Source: Callorhinchus milii (lineage: Eukaryota). From it: a DNA stretch of 64,000 bases. Under the pieces are notes generated by a model. The model was given only the letters and a program-made list of their open reading frames with translations. It was not told the origin of the DNA and did not search any database. Made by a program: the position numbers and the translations under genes. Where the stretch lies: NCBI RefSeq assembly GCF_018977255.1, contig NW_024704742.1, positions 59,956,001 to 60,020,000 of the forward strand. The letters run 5' to 3'. Shown here one piece after another: positions 25,690 to 37,935 of this stretch. The number at the start of each line of letters is the position of its first letter. Within the stretch, counting starts at the first letter, position 1.

Positions 25690-26489
25690 TTGAAGAAGAT
25701 GACAACAGAAGGAATCATCAGCCAGGTGCTCCTGATCACAATCCAATCATCCCAACTGCAAAACACGAGTGGAGATGTAGTTTAAGGGCTAGGTTGGGCT
25801 TGGCTCTATGATTCCCCTAAACCATGATCAAAGATCCTGCAAACATTTATTGCCTTGGCTCAGATATTACCATTCAGACACTGGAGGGTGGGTGACAAGC
25901 AACCAGAAGGCAACACTTTAGCATATCAGCAAAACAAAGTAAGACAATTGGAGGAGGACAGACTTTTAACAGATAAAATACTGCTCTAGCTAGCAGTTGT
26001 ATCTGTAACTGAAGACATGTTTTTGAACTGCCAGCTATCTTATTTAAGATTTTATTTCTCACTTTACAGCAGTACAGATAAAGATGGGAATTACACAGTT
26101 CTCCCGCCTATAGGGAGTGTTTCTGTACTCTGAGTAATCATACCATTCAGTGTTAAGGCCTTGAAGCTTCTAACCAGATGCCCACAATTATATAATGGAC
26201 TCAATCTATCTGAATGAATCCCAAGAGCACTTGAGTGCTTCTCAGAATGGAAATTATTTTTGCTTTTGTTTTAAATTGTGCAATATTTTATCATTTTTTA
26301 ATTGAAGTGTATGCAGTGCCTCATCTAGCATGGAATAATTATATCCATTGTTATTTTCGATGCGATAAAGACAAAGAGAACAGTGTTAGAATTTACACTT
26401 TTTGTATAATGTTAGAATCACAATAGATGTTGCGAACGGGTTAACTTTTAAGTTAAATGTGGGCAGCTGGACTGAAACTCATGAGTTTC

Positions 26490-26690
26490 CCAGGATCACG
26501 TGAATGTCTCAAGGATAAGATGTGTACTACTGCCCTGCAAGTACACAAGATAACGGACTTTCTCAAGGACAGTGTGTTTGTGTGTGTGAGGCACGTATAC
26601 CCCATGAGATGTTCACGTGAACCCAGCATGATTTCGACCAGGTGATCTAATATCCACACCATGATTGGATGAACATTGGTATAAGAGTTC
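26490..26690 (+). promoter_or_regulatory. Putative U3 promoter of the solo LTR
   Basis: Two TCACGTGA E-boxes (cores 26497-26502, 26614-26619), two reverse CCAAT boxes and a TATA-like TATAAG, in plausible order. Activity is not shown. Confidence 0.5.
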
Positions 26691-26706
26691 CGATAACTTT
26701 GTGTAC

Positions 26707-26861
26707 GGGGCCGTCCCGGGTCGCGGAGACAAGGATACGGGAGATGGAGCCATCCCGGGTCGCGGAGACAAGGATACGGAAGATGGAGCCATCCCGGGTC
26801 GCGGAGACAAGGATACGAGAGATGGGGCCATCCCGGGCTGCGGAGACAAGGGTACGGAGAT
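26707..26861 (+). repeat. 39-bp tandem repeat, 4 units, inside the LTR
   Basis: GGRGCCRTCCCGGGTCGCGGAGACAAGGATACGRRAGAT units start at 26707, 26746, 26785 and 26824 (the last is 38 bp). Confidence 0.95.
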
Positions 26862-28139
26862 GGAAGACTGAGAGCTAGAAACACTAAGACTGAGGATATC
26901 AGACGGAAGATTGAAAGCTGTAAGCAAGAAGACTGAAAGCATGAAGAATCAAGCTTGCGTGCTATAAAGACACAGTGTTGAACTCTTGAACTCGAGATAT
27001 CTAAAGTGGTGTTATTCTGTTATAAGATCTGTTAATTGTACCGGCCTTTGGTCTGACCCATCGGGATATTGGGGAATAACGAACGAATAATAATAAAACA
27101 GTCTGATATCTGGTTAGAGGAATTAGCGTTATTTCCTTACAGATTTGGCTGATTTTATTTTCTAACAACAGTGTGGGCTATTCACTGAAACTGTGCCATG
27201 AGGTGCAAAGAAAATGTAAGCACATGGCAAACCTTCTTTTAATGGATTGATAATGAATGAATTCAGTAAAAAAAAGGCATATTTGGAAAATTTGAAAATG
27301 ATGGGTTACAAAAGGTAATATTATTCATGCATTCCAACATTAAGCCCCTATAGACTTGATATTTGTGGTTTTAACATGATATAAGTAAGACTTTTAAAAT
27401 TCAAACTTCCCTACATTTAGCTGAGTCGGAGTCCCTGGGCATTTCCATTCAACTGGAGGCAATGTGTTCAGAGTAAAATTAAGATAAATTATTCTATTTT
27501 CATCAGAGATAAGTAGGTGCTTAGCAGGAATAGAATGACTTAATTTAAATAAAGTAATAAAATTGTTGGTGCTTGTAAGACCTCAGCCTTGTTGTCTCTA
27601 ACAATGGTGTGCTGGACAAAAAAATAATATAACTTCTTCAAAAAGTGAAATTTGGGATTTTTCAACCCTCTGTGAAAAAAATTGTGGTATTTCTTCATAG
27701 ATTTAATTTACAACAGCATTTATATACTGCCCTTCTTGTGGGATAACATCAGGAACACTTTACAATAAAGGGGTTGGACACCAAGCAAGGAAGAGTGGAG
27801 GGGAAAATCATAGAATAATACACCACATTCAGCCTATCTTGTCTGTGCCAGCTCTTTGAAAGAGTTATCCAAATTAATCCCACTCCCCCACTCTCTCCCC
27901 ATAACCCTGCAAATTTGTCCTCCCTAAATATCTATCTAGTTCTCTCTTGAAAGTTGTTATCGAATCGGCTTCCACTATCCTTTCAGGCAATGCATTCCAG
28001 ATCTGAACAGCTCACTGTATGAAAAAAATTCTCCTTACCTCCCCTCTGGTTCTTTTGGCAACTATTTTAAATCTGTGTCCTCTGGTTACTGACCCACCTG
28101 GCAGTGGAAACAGTTTCTCCCTATTCACCCTAAACCCTC

Positions 28140-28742
28140 ACACATGTTTTCATTACATTGAGGTTCGACTATGCAAGCTCATTGCTGCTGGCCTCTCCAA
28201 CTCCTCACTCCACAGGCTGCAGATCATCCAGAAATCTGCAGCCCATGTCCTTTCCCGCACTAAATTCCGCGATCCTATCAACCCCATCCTCGCCCAACTC
28301 CACTGGCTTCCCATCACATAGATGATACAATTCAAGATCCTGGTCCTCACCTTCATAGATCTCCATGGTCTTGCTAACTCCTACCTCTGTGACCTCCTAA
28401 CCCACTACCATCCTGCTCGTTCCCTCCGCTGGGCGGGCTCCAGACTGATTCACATCCCCCGCCTCATTCGCCCCACTATTGGCAGGCAAGCCTTCTGCCA
28501 CTCTGCCCCCACCCTCTGGAATTCCATCCCACAGTCCCTGCGCCTCGTCCCCTCCCTTGCCACCTTCAAGACCCATCTCAAGACCCTTCTTTTCGACTGT
28601 GCCTTCGATCTCCCTGCTTCCGCCCTTGCCTTCCACCCTCCCTGACCCCGACCCCCAGCCCGGGTCCGAAACTCTGTCTGTTCAGCGCCTTGGGATATCC
28701 TACTAATACACTATATAAGTGTAATTCTGTTGTTATTGTTGT
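28140..28742 (+). mobile_element. L2 3' fragment nested in CR1
   Basis: LQIIQKSAAHVLSRT...LAQLHWLP and IQFKILVLTF...APTLWNSIP; tail TGTTGTTATTGTT. Confidence 0.88.
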
Positions 28743-28823
28743 ATCGAATCGGCTCATAATTTTGAACACCGCTATTAAATCTCCCCTTAACCTTCTCTGC
28801 TCCAAGAAGAATAATCCTAGCTT

Positions 28824-29083
28824 AATAATAAATAATAATAATAATAATCCTTGCATTTGATCTAGCACTTTTCACGTCGGGAGGACGTCCCAAAGCGCTT
28901 CACAGAGCACACTGTAAAGTGAATTGACTGTATATTTGTTGGCGAACGCGGCAGCCAATTGCGCACAGCAATGTCCCATTCCGCACAACAGTCGTAGATT
29001 GAAAATGACCAATTTATTATTGTTTTTGGTTTTGGAGGGATTATTATTTTTATTATTACTATTATTACTAGTTATTATTATTA
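28824..29083 (-). mobile_element. 5'-truncated young SINE nested in CR1
   Basis: Reverse complement of the SINE body and tail; TSD CTAGCTT (28817-28823, 29084-29090). Confidence 0.9.
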
Positions 29084-31529
29084 CTAGCTTCTCTAGCCTC
29101 TCCTTATAAATGAGGTCCCTCATTCCTGGCACCATTCTGGTAAATCTCCTTTGCACACTCTCCAAGGCCTTGACATCCTTCCTAACAATGACCATAGGCA
29201 CAGTTGTAGAGATAAATTTTAAAGCAGGATTTCAAGACAAATAAAAAGGAGGTGAGGCTGAGTGATAGAGCAAGCGATTTTCAGTGGTTAGTGGCATAGA
29301 AGCTTAAGTCTTGGCCACCAATGGTGGGACGGAGATGTCAAGGAACACTCAACAAGCCTGAATTAACTGATCAGAGGAAGCAACAAGAGAGTGGGATAGT
29401 GGGAGATGTTAGAGCTGGAAGAGATTTATAGGTGAGGATAAGGAATGTGAATGTAATCATTTGGGAGACAGGGAGAGGGTAAGGGCTGAGGTGATATGGG
29501 CATGCAGAGTTCAGTACACGTCTGGATGTCATTGTTGTGAGTAGTCGGATAATGACTTGCAATATTCTGCTGATTTGTTTTGGTCAGCCAGGTGTCTGAC
29601 ACATGTGGAAACCCATTACCATGCTTACAAGTATTGAAACCAAACTGAGATGCTCATGCTTCCCATCTGCTCTTGGAAATCCCAGGGATAGATTGTTGGA
29701 ATGGAATGCACACTCTCTCCTTGGGAGGACACATTCCACTGATCTAATTCCAGAAAGTATTAAGTGCATATTGGCAAGAGCCAAAGCTTGGGGACCCCAG
29801 AGTGTATGTTAGGGTACTGCTGGAATCTAACCAGCTAAAACCACATAGATTGCCATTAATATCACTGTCTGAAAAGCTTTCCCACTGCTTGTCGAGGACC
29901 CGCTGCTTACAGGACCAACCTACCCATTAGAACTTTGGCTTGCAAGGTTAACAGGAGGTGTGTGGGATGACTCCCTGACCTAGTAACTGGTCTGCATTTC
30001 CACGTCCCTGCAGTTTCAGGCTGATTTCGCTGCCATCAGCAGTGCCCTGGAATACTGCGGACCCAACTTGCTCAGGAACTGGAATACCACGACCACCTCA
30101 GAGGGCTCGATTCCAACATTCTATTTCCAGGCATGTCACATTGGAAACCGTTCAGCTCCAAGAAGACCCCAAAAAATGAGGAGGTAATCGGGGTTTCCAA
30201 ATGTAGCAACTGCTGACATGTAGCAACTGCAAAATGGCAAGTGATGAATAAGTATATTATATATGTGTGTGTGTATGGATACACTCAGTAACACTATAAT
30301 TCAATTGTTACATTACTCATCTGAATACCTATTACTACTTTTTTCTTCAGATCAAATTTCACATTCCCAGTACCTTCCCAAGTTCCCCTCAACATAATTC
30401 AACCAATCTCTCCTTGTGAAGTTATTTCACATTGTTAGTTCCTTGAGGTCTGGGGAACCATCATGCATTGCATTCGGTGTAATTTTAGCTTCGCTTTTGA
30501 ACAAAGGAGCAATCGTGAGTGAAGCACAGTGATTTGGCCCAAGGAAATTCCTTTCCATTGTGCATTAACTCTGCTATTATGCCATATTGATTTACATAAT
30601 CCTATTTTATATTGATTACTTTTCTTACTACTTTACTACTAAAGTTTCTTTGTCAGCACAACTTTTCAGTGTATATCATTTGCAACTTCAACTTTCCCAA
30701 AGACAGTATACACATAAATGTCCTCAACTACTGTACAATATGAATGTCTTATATTATCTCGGCTTTTACTTAAACAAAGTTCATTTTGGGCAGGTCCTCC
30801 ACATAATGAGATACATTGACACTGTCTGTAACTTCTTGTCAAATTTATTTTCATACATACATACTGGAGGTTAGACGCTACCAATACAGTGGTGCTGGAT
30901 CTTCACAATGAGCGAAGATTGCCCAGATATCTGCTTTAAAGCTAGTTTGAAGGATGTTCCCCATGTATAAGCCTCAATTATAATAACAAGGATCCTTATA
31001 ATTGATAGTGTGGCTTTCAGAGTGGCAAAATATCTCAAATCACTTCACAGAATATACTGCAAAGTGTAGTGACTGTGTATTTTGTAAGTGAACACTTATT
31101 AAGCATCTATGCAATACAAAACAAAAATAAAGGGTTTCACATTCTGAACAATATTTAGCTTTGTGAATTTATCAGTCATGGAAAGAGAGCATCAACATAA
31201 GATCCTTTTTCCCATAGACTGGAGACCTGAAGCAGCTATTTTAACTGATTTTTATTTCCAATGTTGATACCTACGTATAACTGAGGTTAGCTTTGGACTC
31301 TTTGATCATCAGAGTTACTTAACTTTACTTTGACTCCTGAATTTATAAAGAGATAGCTTTTCAATTTTCAAACTGAGTGTCATCTAAAATGGCCCATTTC
31401 CTCATTTCTTTTTCAAACTGGGAAATACCTATCAGTGCCCTAACTATTCAAAATGGTACAGATCTTTTGAACTACTCCCAGATGGCATTCGGGTCTTTGA
31501 TCTTCAATATTTCAAGATACTATATGAAA

Positions 31530-31597
31530 AATCCTTAAATATAACCTCAATAAAATGTAATCCTTAAATATAACCTCAATAAAAAATTGTAATCCTT
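31530..31597. repeat. 29-32 bp tandem duplication
   Basis: AATCCTTAAATATAACCTCAATAAAA at 31530 and 31559, with a partial third unit at 31591. Confidence 0.9.
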
Positions 31598-32639
31598 AGT
31601 TGCAAGTGCGTCAAAGTCATTTCTGGGTCACATTTGAACAAAGCTGATTTAATTGCTGCTGCTAATGTCTACATTCAGCAGTGACCTTGCCTGCAGCCTC
31701 AGTTGACAAAATCTGGCTGCACATGGGATATTTTCAAAGTCATTTTTGCTGTACTATTGCATATTACTCTTATAAATTTTGTATATTTTGCTTCTATTCA
31801 GCAAAAGCTTGACATTCATTCTTTAACCTAGGAGAATGTTATAGCCTGTTAAAAATATTCTAGCAATACATCTTAGCACATTATCGTATGGACATTACTG
31901 TATGTTACCGTTTTCTGCCTCTGAACTAATATCTGTTGAAATGAACTTCACATTCATTTATATACACAAAACTGATGGATTGTTCTCAATACATCTGATG
32001 GAATAAGACAGACCAATTATAAACTGATTGACCAGAGTGCTGAATATACCTTTTAATAATATTGTCTGATGCTTTTCATGGAAAATTTACTGATAACATG
32101 TTCACTGGCAAATGTTTACTGGTCTTTGGAAATCTTTTTCACTATCGTTGTAATAACATCTCTAATACATCTGAGATGAGATTATGGCAATTGCAAGGGT
32201 TATTCAAAACTTTGTTATTTTTTCTTGACACATATTCAATTGAGTCAAACTCAGAACATTTAAAGCCATTTATCAAAGCATTGAGGTTGTTTAATAAAAA
32301 CAGAAACATCTCTTTTTTCATATCGTGAAAATCTTTTGGTCTTCAATCACTTACCTCAGATGTTTCCATAATACATCATCAAAACCAATAGTGAAGCTAA
32401 GTGTGGATTATAAAATAGAAATGCCTCCAAATAAAACCAGTTAGTAAGTGGTCAGGGTGTATCTTTCAAAGCCCTCAAATTGCACACTGCAATGCATGAG
32501 CTTTAACAGTGTTCAAATCCCAAAAAGTATTGGTCAAGGATATGGTGGGATGAAATAACAGAAGCTATTTAAATGGTAGCCTCATTGAGTTTCTTTCTTT
32601 GTTTGTGATATTTCTTTTGTTCTCTAGTGATATAAAAAT

Positions 32640-32990
32640 AATAATTCTTGCATTTGATATAGGACCTTATCACGTAATTAAAATGTCTCAAAGCACTTTG
32701 CAGATTTTTAAGATAATATAAAATGTATGACCAAATATATCTGGATGATTGTTGGCCAGGACACCAGTAGAAACTCCAGTCTCTTTTCAAAGAGTGTCAT
32801 GGGATATTTAACATCAATCTGAACAGGCAGATGACATCTTGGTTCAATGTCTCATCTAAAGGACAGTACTTCTGAAACTGTGATACTCTCAAGTTGAGTA
32901 TCAGCCTAAACTATGAGCTCAAAAAATTGAACTTACAGTTGAAACCCCAACCTTCTTCCTCAGAGACATAAATGCTACAAGCTGAGCTAG
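32640..32990 (-). mobile_element. Old, near full-length DeuSINE
   Basis: Tail, TTGGCCAGGACACC, CATGGGATATTTAACATC, AATGTCTCATCTAAAGGACAG and a tRNA-like head (CCTTCTTCCTCAGAG...CTGAGCTA) in reverse orientation. Confidence 0.7.
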
Positions 32991-34034
32991 AAATTATAGC
33001 ACAAATTGATGGAGATTCCATGTCCAAAGAAATAGAGACTGTGTTCCATTTCTTTTCTGAGCAGCTGGGTATGAGAAGCTCATGGAAAACCATCACTATG
33101 CCTCAGAGCATACAAACTAAATGCCTGTCTATTCCACATGGCCATGCAAATTTCCTATTGTCTGGAATGGCATACATACTTTCTCCCCAGAGAATCACAG
33201 CCTGCTCACCTAATACAAGAAATTATTTGGTGCAGTTTGAGAAAAAACGGGGACCCCGGAATTTGCATTGGGATACTTCTTTATTATCTACTGCAACTTT
33301 CTACTCTAATTCTAATTCCCTGCTTTCTTCTTAGCCTTAATTTACATAAGCATCTTGGGAAAAACTTTCAAGGTAAATGATGGAGCCTCAGTCAGAGACC
33401 ACATTAACTGGAATATTATTTTACTTCACACTGAAAACTGATATTCAGCAATAGCAATCTTTCCTTTACAAGTCATCTATACTGCGAAACCCTACTTCTT
33501 TCATAATAGAAAAAAACAATCTTCCTGTATTGTCTACTTTAAGAAAATTCAGCAAAGTTTTTTTTTCAGGGTCAATGCATTAGTGTTATAGTCACGGATT
33601 ACGTTACCTGTCTTTTGTAATGAGCATCTGCTTCAAAGTCAGTTGGGATAACAGATGCTGACATTATTGTAAGTCTGTAGTGATGTGAATCATCTACACT
33701 TGTTTATCTAATCACCAGAACACTGCCAGATAGCCTCCAGTTCAACCGACCTCAAACAAAGTCATATTTGGAAGCTCAATTATTTTAAGATCAGTAAAGC
33801 TCATTTCAATTATAGTGGAACACACCGTTTTATCTATAGTACATTGATCCATATAATTCAATATTTCTCCAGTGCTAAACATTAGACTAGAAGAACAGCC
33901 GATTCTGCTTAAAAAGTGGTTCGCCGTGCTATTCTGAATTGTCTGTACAAAAGTTTTAATCGTATTTGGAAGATCTGAACAAATTGTTCAGCCATTGAAC
34001 TCACACAAACCTACATATCCAACTCATAAAAATA

Positions 34035-34185
34035 TAATCTAAAGGATAGAGGCATTAAGGGATGTGGGGATAGGGTGGGTAAATGGAATTAGGTTAGAAG
34101 ATCAGCCGTGATCTTATTAAATGGTGGGCCAGTCTCGAGGGGCCGAATGGCCTACTCCTGCTCCTATGTTTTATGGTTTTATGGT
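34035..34185 (+). mobile_element. CR1 3' UTR fragment
   Basis: GATCAGCCGTGATCTT...GAGGGGCCGAATGGCCTACTCCTGCTCCTA followed by a (TTTTATGG)-type tail. Confidence 0.7.
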
Positions 34186-34194
34186 CTAATCTGC

Positions 34195-34520
34195 ACAAGA
34201 GGGAATTGAGTGATGCTGGGGGTTAAGCATTGTCTTCATCTCTGTGATCTCAACTCAAATCAAATCATCTTAGAATGGTGGGATTAGTTTACCTTCTTTG
34301 ACACCTATCAAAGGTCATAAGTAAACCACATTTGTGTAGCTTCCCCCATTTCCCAGTAGACATGGGTTTACTACGCAAACCTGCCCACAGCTCAGCATTA
34401 ATCGGGCAGGCTCACAAAGACCATTACTAGGGCTATTGAGAGAAACGGAAATGTTATGCTAGTATGGTGGAGGATACAATCTCCTTAGCATAAGGATACT
34501 ATGCCAGAGTTGTAAATAAA
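34195..34520 (+). mobile_element. Diverged LF-SINE-like remnant
   Basis: CCATTTCCCAGTAGACATGGGTTTACTACGCAAACCTGCCCACAGCTCAGCATTAATCGG resembles the LF-SINE core as I recall it (CCAGTTCCTAGTGGAC...CACAAAACC...GGCACTAATTGG). Preceded by a decayed tRNA-like head. Confidence 0.35.
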
Positions 34521-36339
34521 GTTTTAGCCACTCTATGGCTATTGTAGGACATTGGTGTGAACAAATTGGCTTCCCCATTTACCCACAAAATACATACAGT
34601 CACATCACTTTACATTATATCCTGTCAAGTGCTATGAGGTATCCCAATGACATGATAAAGTGCTGTATGAAATGCAAGGATTATTATTTTATTATTATTA
34701 CTCGTTACGCTGTTGACTTTGGTAAGTGTATGGTGTTGGTGCTGGGGATACAAAGTGAATAAATGCTCCATTTCCCTTCATTTGTTATTCCTTGATTTGC
34801 TGAGCATAACATTTAACAAAAATAAATTTAAGCTCTGACAGCGCAAACGAACACATGAAACAAAATTATGGAGAATTATAATCATATCTCATTGACACCT
34901 ATCTGCTCTCACTACTTACTCTGCTCAGTGATCCCAGCATCTTTGCAAAAGCATTACCCCATGAAATATGCGATGTTAGGGTAAGTTGTTAGCTTTCATT
35001 TTGTGAATAAGGATTTCCACAAAAAGCTAATTTTACACGTAGTCACTAGGAACTAGTTTTAAAAGTTAAAATAAATGTGAAAATTTATAAGTAATAAGTA
35101 ATTTCATGGCTGCTTATGGGACATTGCTGTGTACAAATTAGCTGCCACTTCTAGCCACAAAATACAGTCATTGCAAAATATCCTTTGAACGATAAGGATA
35201 TAAGGATCATTGTTAGATGATGAAACTCTGCAAAACTGAGAAGAAACATCTTAAATATTTTGTTTTTACTGCCAAAGGGCAAAGCAACATGCTAGTTGGT
35301 GCGATGATAAGTATTGACTATGCATGGTAAATTAATCTCAGCAATTCTTGAGAATAGAATTAAACTGTAACTAGAGTTACCACATCATTAATCAGATGGT
35401 AGCATTTTGTATTAAATTTTGCATATCTTAAGCTGTAATGGTCAAAATATTTAAATTTGTGATTCAAAATCAAGATTATAAACAGCAGACTTCAATTAAA
35501 TGACAATTTGCAACCAATATGAATTTTTAATTCGTAAATTCAATATAAAACCAAGGTTGCAAACATTAACATTAATCATTCATGGTTGCTCTTTCCTGCA
35601 TAGATTATATTTATTGTTGATTGTGTCTATTCTCTTAAATATGTTGCATCGTTTTTACTTCAACCACAATTTCTGGCATTTCTTACAACCCTCTGCATAA
35701 AGAAATCTTTCCTAAACTCTCTTTAACATCTGCTACTAGGCACCTTATATTTATCCCCCTCACAAGCTTACTAATATTTGAAAGATTGTTAGATGACTGG
35801 TGCATTTATTGCTTAGTTAATTATTTCCTGTGTAAATAAATAATAATAAATCGGTAACTTCAATCCACGACTGTTTCGTGGGACACTGCTGTGCATAATT
35901 GGCTGCCATGATTAGCCCACAAAATATACAGTCAATTCACTTTATAGTTTATTCTGTGAAGTGCTTTGAGACGTCTCGAAGACGTGATAAGGTGCTATAT
36001 CAAATGCAAGGATTATTATTATTATTATGCTCATTTGAGGAAAAATTGTGCATTCCCAAATTAGGTAACAACAACAACGTGCACTTGGAAGCAACCTTCA
36101 CGTACAGTAATGTATTGCCGCACTTTACAGGGGTGAGTTTGGATGCAGAGCTAAGGAGATGGAGCAGGAGGGGAAGGGCAGGTGACAATAGGTACACATT
36201 AAAGAATACAGCAAAATAATAATAATAATCCTTACATTTGGAATAGCACCTTTCACATTATAATAATAATAAGAATTAGGATGATGTTCCAAAGGGCTTT
36301 GCAGGATATACTGCCAAGTGGATTGAACTGTGAGTTATG

Positions 36340-36675
36340 ATAGTTGAAGCCTTAATAGAGGTGTTTAAAATTATAAAGGAATTTAATAAGATTAGCATAA
36401 ATACTTATTTCCACTGGTTGGGGAGTCCATAACCAGAGGACACGTGGAAACATGGCGACTAGAATTTTGGGGGAATGGCTTCACTCAGAGGGTAGTGAGA
36501 ATGTGGAACTCGCTGCCCAAAGTGATGGTTAAAGCATTTAAGAGGAAGCCAGATATACTTATGAGGGAGAAGAAATAGAAGAGTATGGAGGGGAGACACC
36601 AGCACAGACTAGATGGGCCAAACGGCCTGTTTCTGTGCTGTAAGTTTTATGTAAATCTATGTAAACCTATGTAAA
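36340..36675 (+). mobile_element. CR1 3' fragment
   Basis: TTAATAGAGGTGTTTAAAATTATAAAGG (LIEVFKI), AGAATGTGGAACTCGCTGCC, GGGCCAAACGGCCTGTTTCTGTGCTG and a (CTATGTAAA)n tail. Confidence 0.8.
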
Positions 36676-37524
36676 AATTTACCCTAACATTTCTAAAAGC
36701 TCTGGCTTGTCATTGCAATATCAATTATCTTAAGAATGTAGCAGTGTGTGATTGATTTCATGTCATTCTAGGCATGTGGGCTCGAGTGAACATTAGGAAC
36801 TATCCAGGGAGTTTCTCTTGGTGGTCTTGTCAATGATCCTCCAGATTAATTTCTCATTCACCTTATAGAATTTTACTGGCACAAATGTCTGTTTAATAGT
36901 TTAGTGATTTAGTTTACCTAAAATACACAATTCCTACACTTCAAAATGAAATCCTGCGAAGCACTTTGAGTTCTTTTAATTACGCGATAAGGCAATGCAT
37001 CAAATGTAAGGGTTATTATTATTTATTATCTGTATTGTTCATTGTTGAATCCCTTGGATAAAATAAGCTGTATTTCTGGTTGAAGAATGGTTTTCCAATG
37101 AAAAGAGCGGTCTTTGTGAGAATAAGTAGTTAGTTCTTGTGATTTTAGGAAAAAATAATGTTGGAAGAAATGTCCATTAGTAATGACATTTGTAAACATA
37201 ACAGTTCTTAGAAGATCCATTACTTTTAAGCAGTTGTAGGATGGCTGACACATTAATCTAATTTTTCACTACTTGAAATTACTTCCAGTTAATGACAGAA
37301 TCACATGCTGAATAATTTAGTAAAGAGATCCTCATTATGTAATCTGGCCAGTCCATTGAAATGTGTTTTGCAATAATTGTTGCAATTCCATTTGAATTTG
37401 TGGAAAGAATTGATTATCGTTGGTGTAATAACCACATTTCAGATCTTTCAAGGACAGTTAAAAGGTACTTTAAAAACTGAACGAAAGGAAGTTCAGGAAA
37501 ATTGAGCAGATTTCCCAAAAAATG

Positions 37525-37935
37525 GTGTAAGCCTGGCTCCGTTGGTAGCACTCTCGCCTCTAAAGCAGAATTGTGGGTTCAGGCCCCACATGGAGACGTT
37601 GAACTTTGAGGTCCAGGTTGGCACTCTAATATAGTCCTAAGGGAGGTGCCCTTCATAAGACACATTAACCCAAGGTCCTGTCTACCTGTTCAGATGGACA
37701 TTAAAGATCCCATTAAACTGTTTTTAATGAGTTGGGGGTGGCCTGGCCAGCAATCCCCTAAATAAAATTGGTCATTCACTTCACGGTATTTGAGAAACAT
37801 TAATGTGTGCAAACTGGCGTCTGCATTTACCTACAAAAATACTGTCATTACTCTTTATAATATATCCAATAAAGTCCTTCGAGGCATACTGTTGATGTTA
37901 AAAGGCACAATATCAAACGCAAAGATTATTATAAG
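37525..37935 (+). mobile_element. Old full-length DeuSINE with tRNA head
   Basis: TGGCTCCGTTGGTAGCACTCTCGCCTC...GTGGGTTCAGGCCCCAC head; CAAGGTCCTGTCTACCTGTTCAGATGGACATTAAAGATCCC Deu block; L2-type tail. Confidence 0.75.

Larger units (their letters stand above)
26384..27167 (+). mobile_element. Solo LTR (784 bp) of an ERV or Gypsy-type element
   Basis: Inverted termini TGTTAGAA (26384-26391) and TTCTAACA (27160-27167); 4-bp TSD ACAG (26380-26383, 27168-27171). ATTGG twice (26664, 26675), TATAAG (26680), AATAAA (27092). CpG-rich relative to the flanks. Confidence 0.85.
27807..29190 (-). mobile_element. CR1 3' fragment split by an L2 (about 28140-28742) and a SINE (28824-29083)
   Basis: ATCATAGAAT tail at 27807. 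Collinear CR1 pieces at 27807-28135, 28743-28823 and 29084-29190 (RKDVKALESVQRRFTRMVPG, EQRRLRGDLIAVFKI). Confidence 0.85.

Noticed and set aside
26707..26861. CRISPR-like array or repeat protein (ORFs 26453-26942)
   Set aside because: The units are contiguous with no unique spacers, there are no cas genes, and the context is eukaryotic. Frames stay open only because 39 bp is a multiple of 3 and the unit is GC-rich.
26410..27141. Alternative LTR boundaries (TG at 26410 or 26428; CA at 27141)
   Set aside because: No matching TSD. Only 26384/27167 gives both inverted termini and the ACAG duplication.
33619..33665. pre-miRNA-like hairpin (AGCATCTG/CAGATGCT)
   Set aside because: The stem is only about 12 bp with a bulge and a 21-nt loop, and I recognise no mature miRNA.
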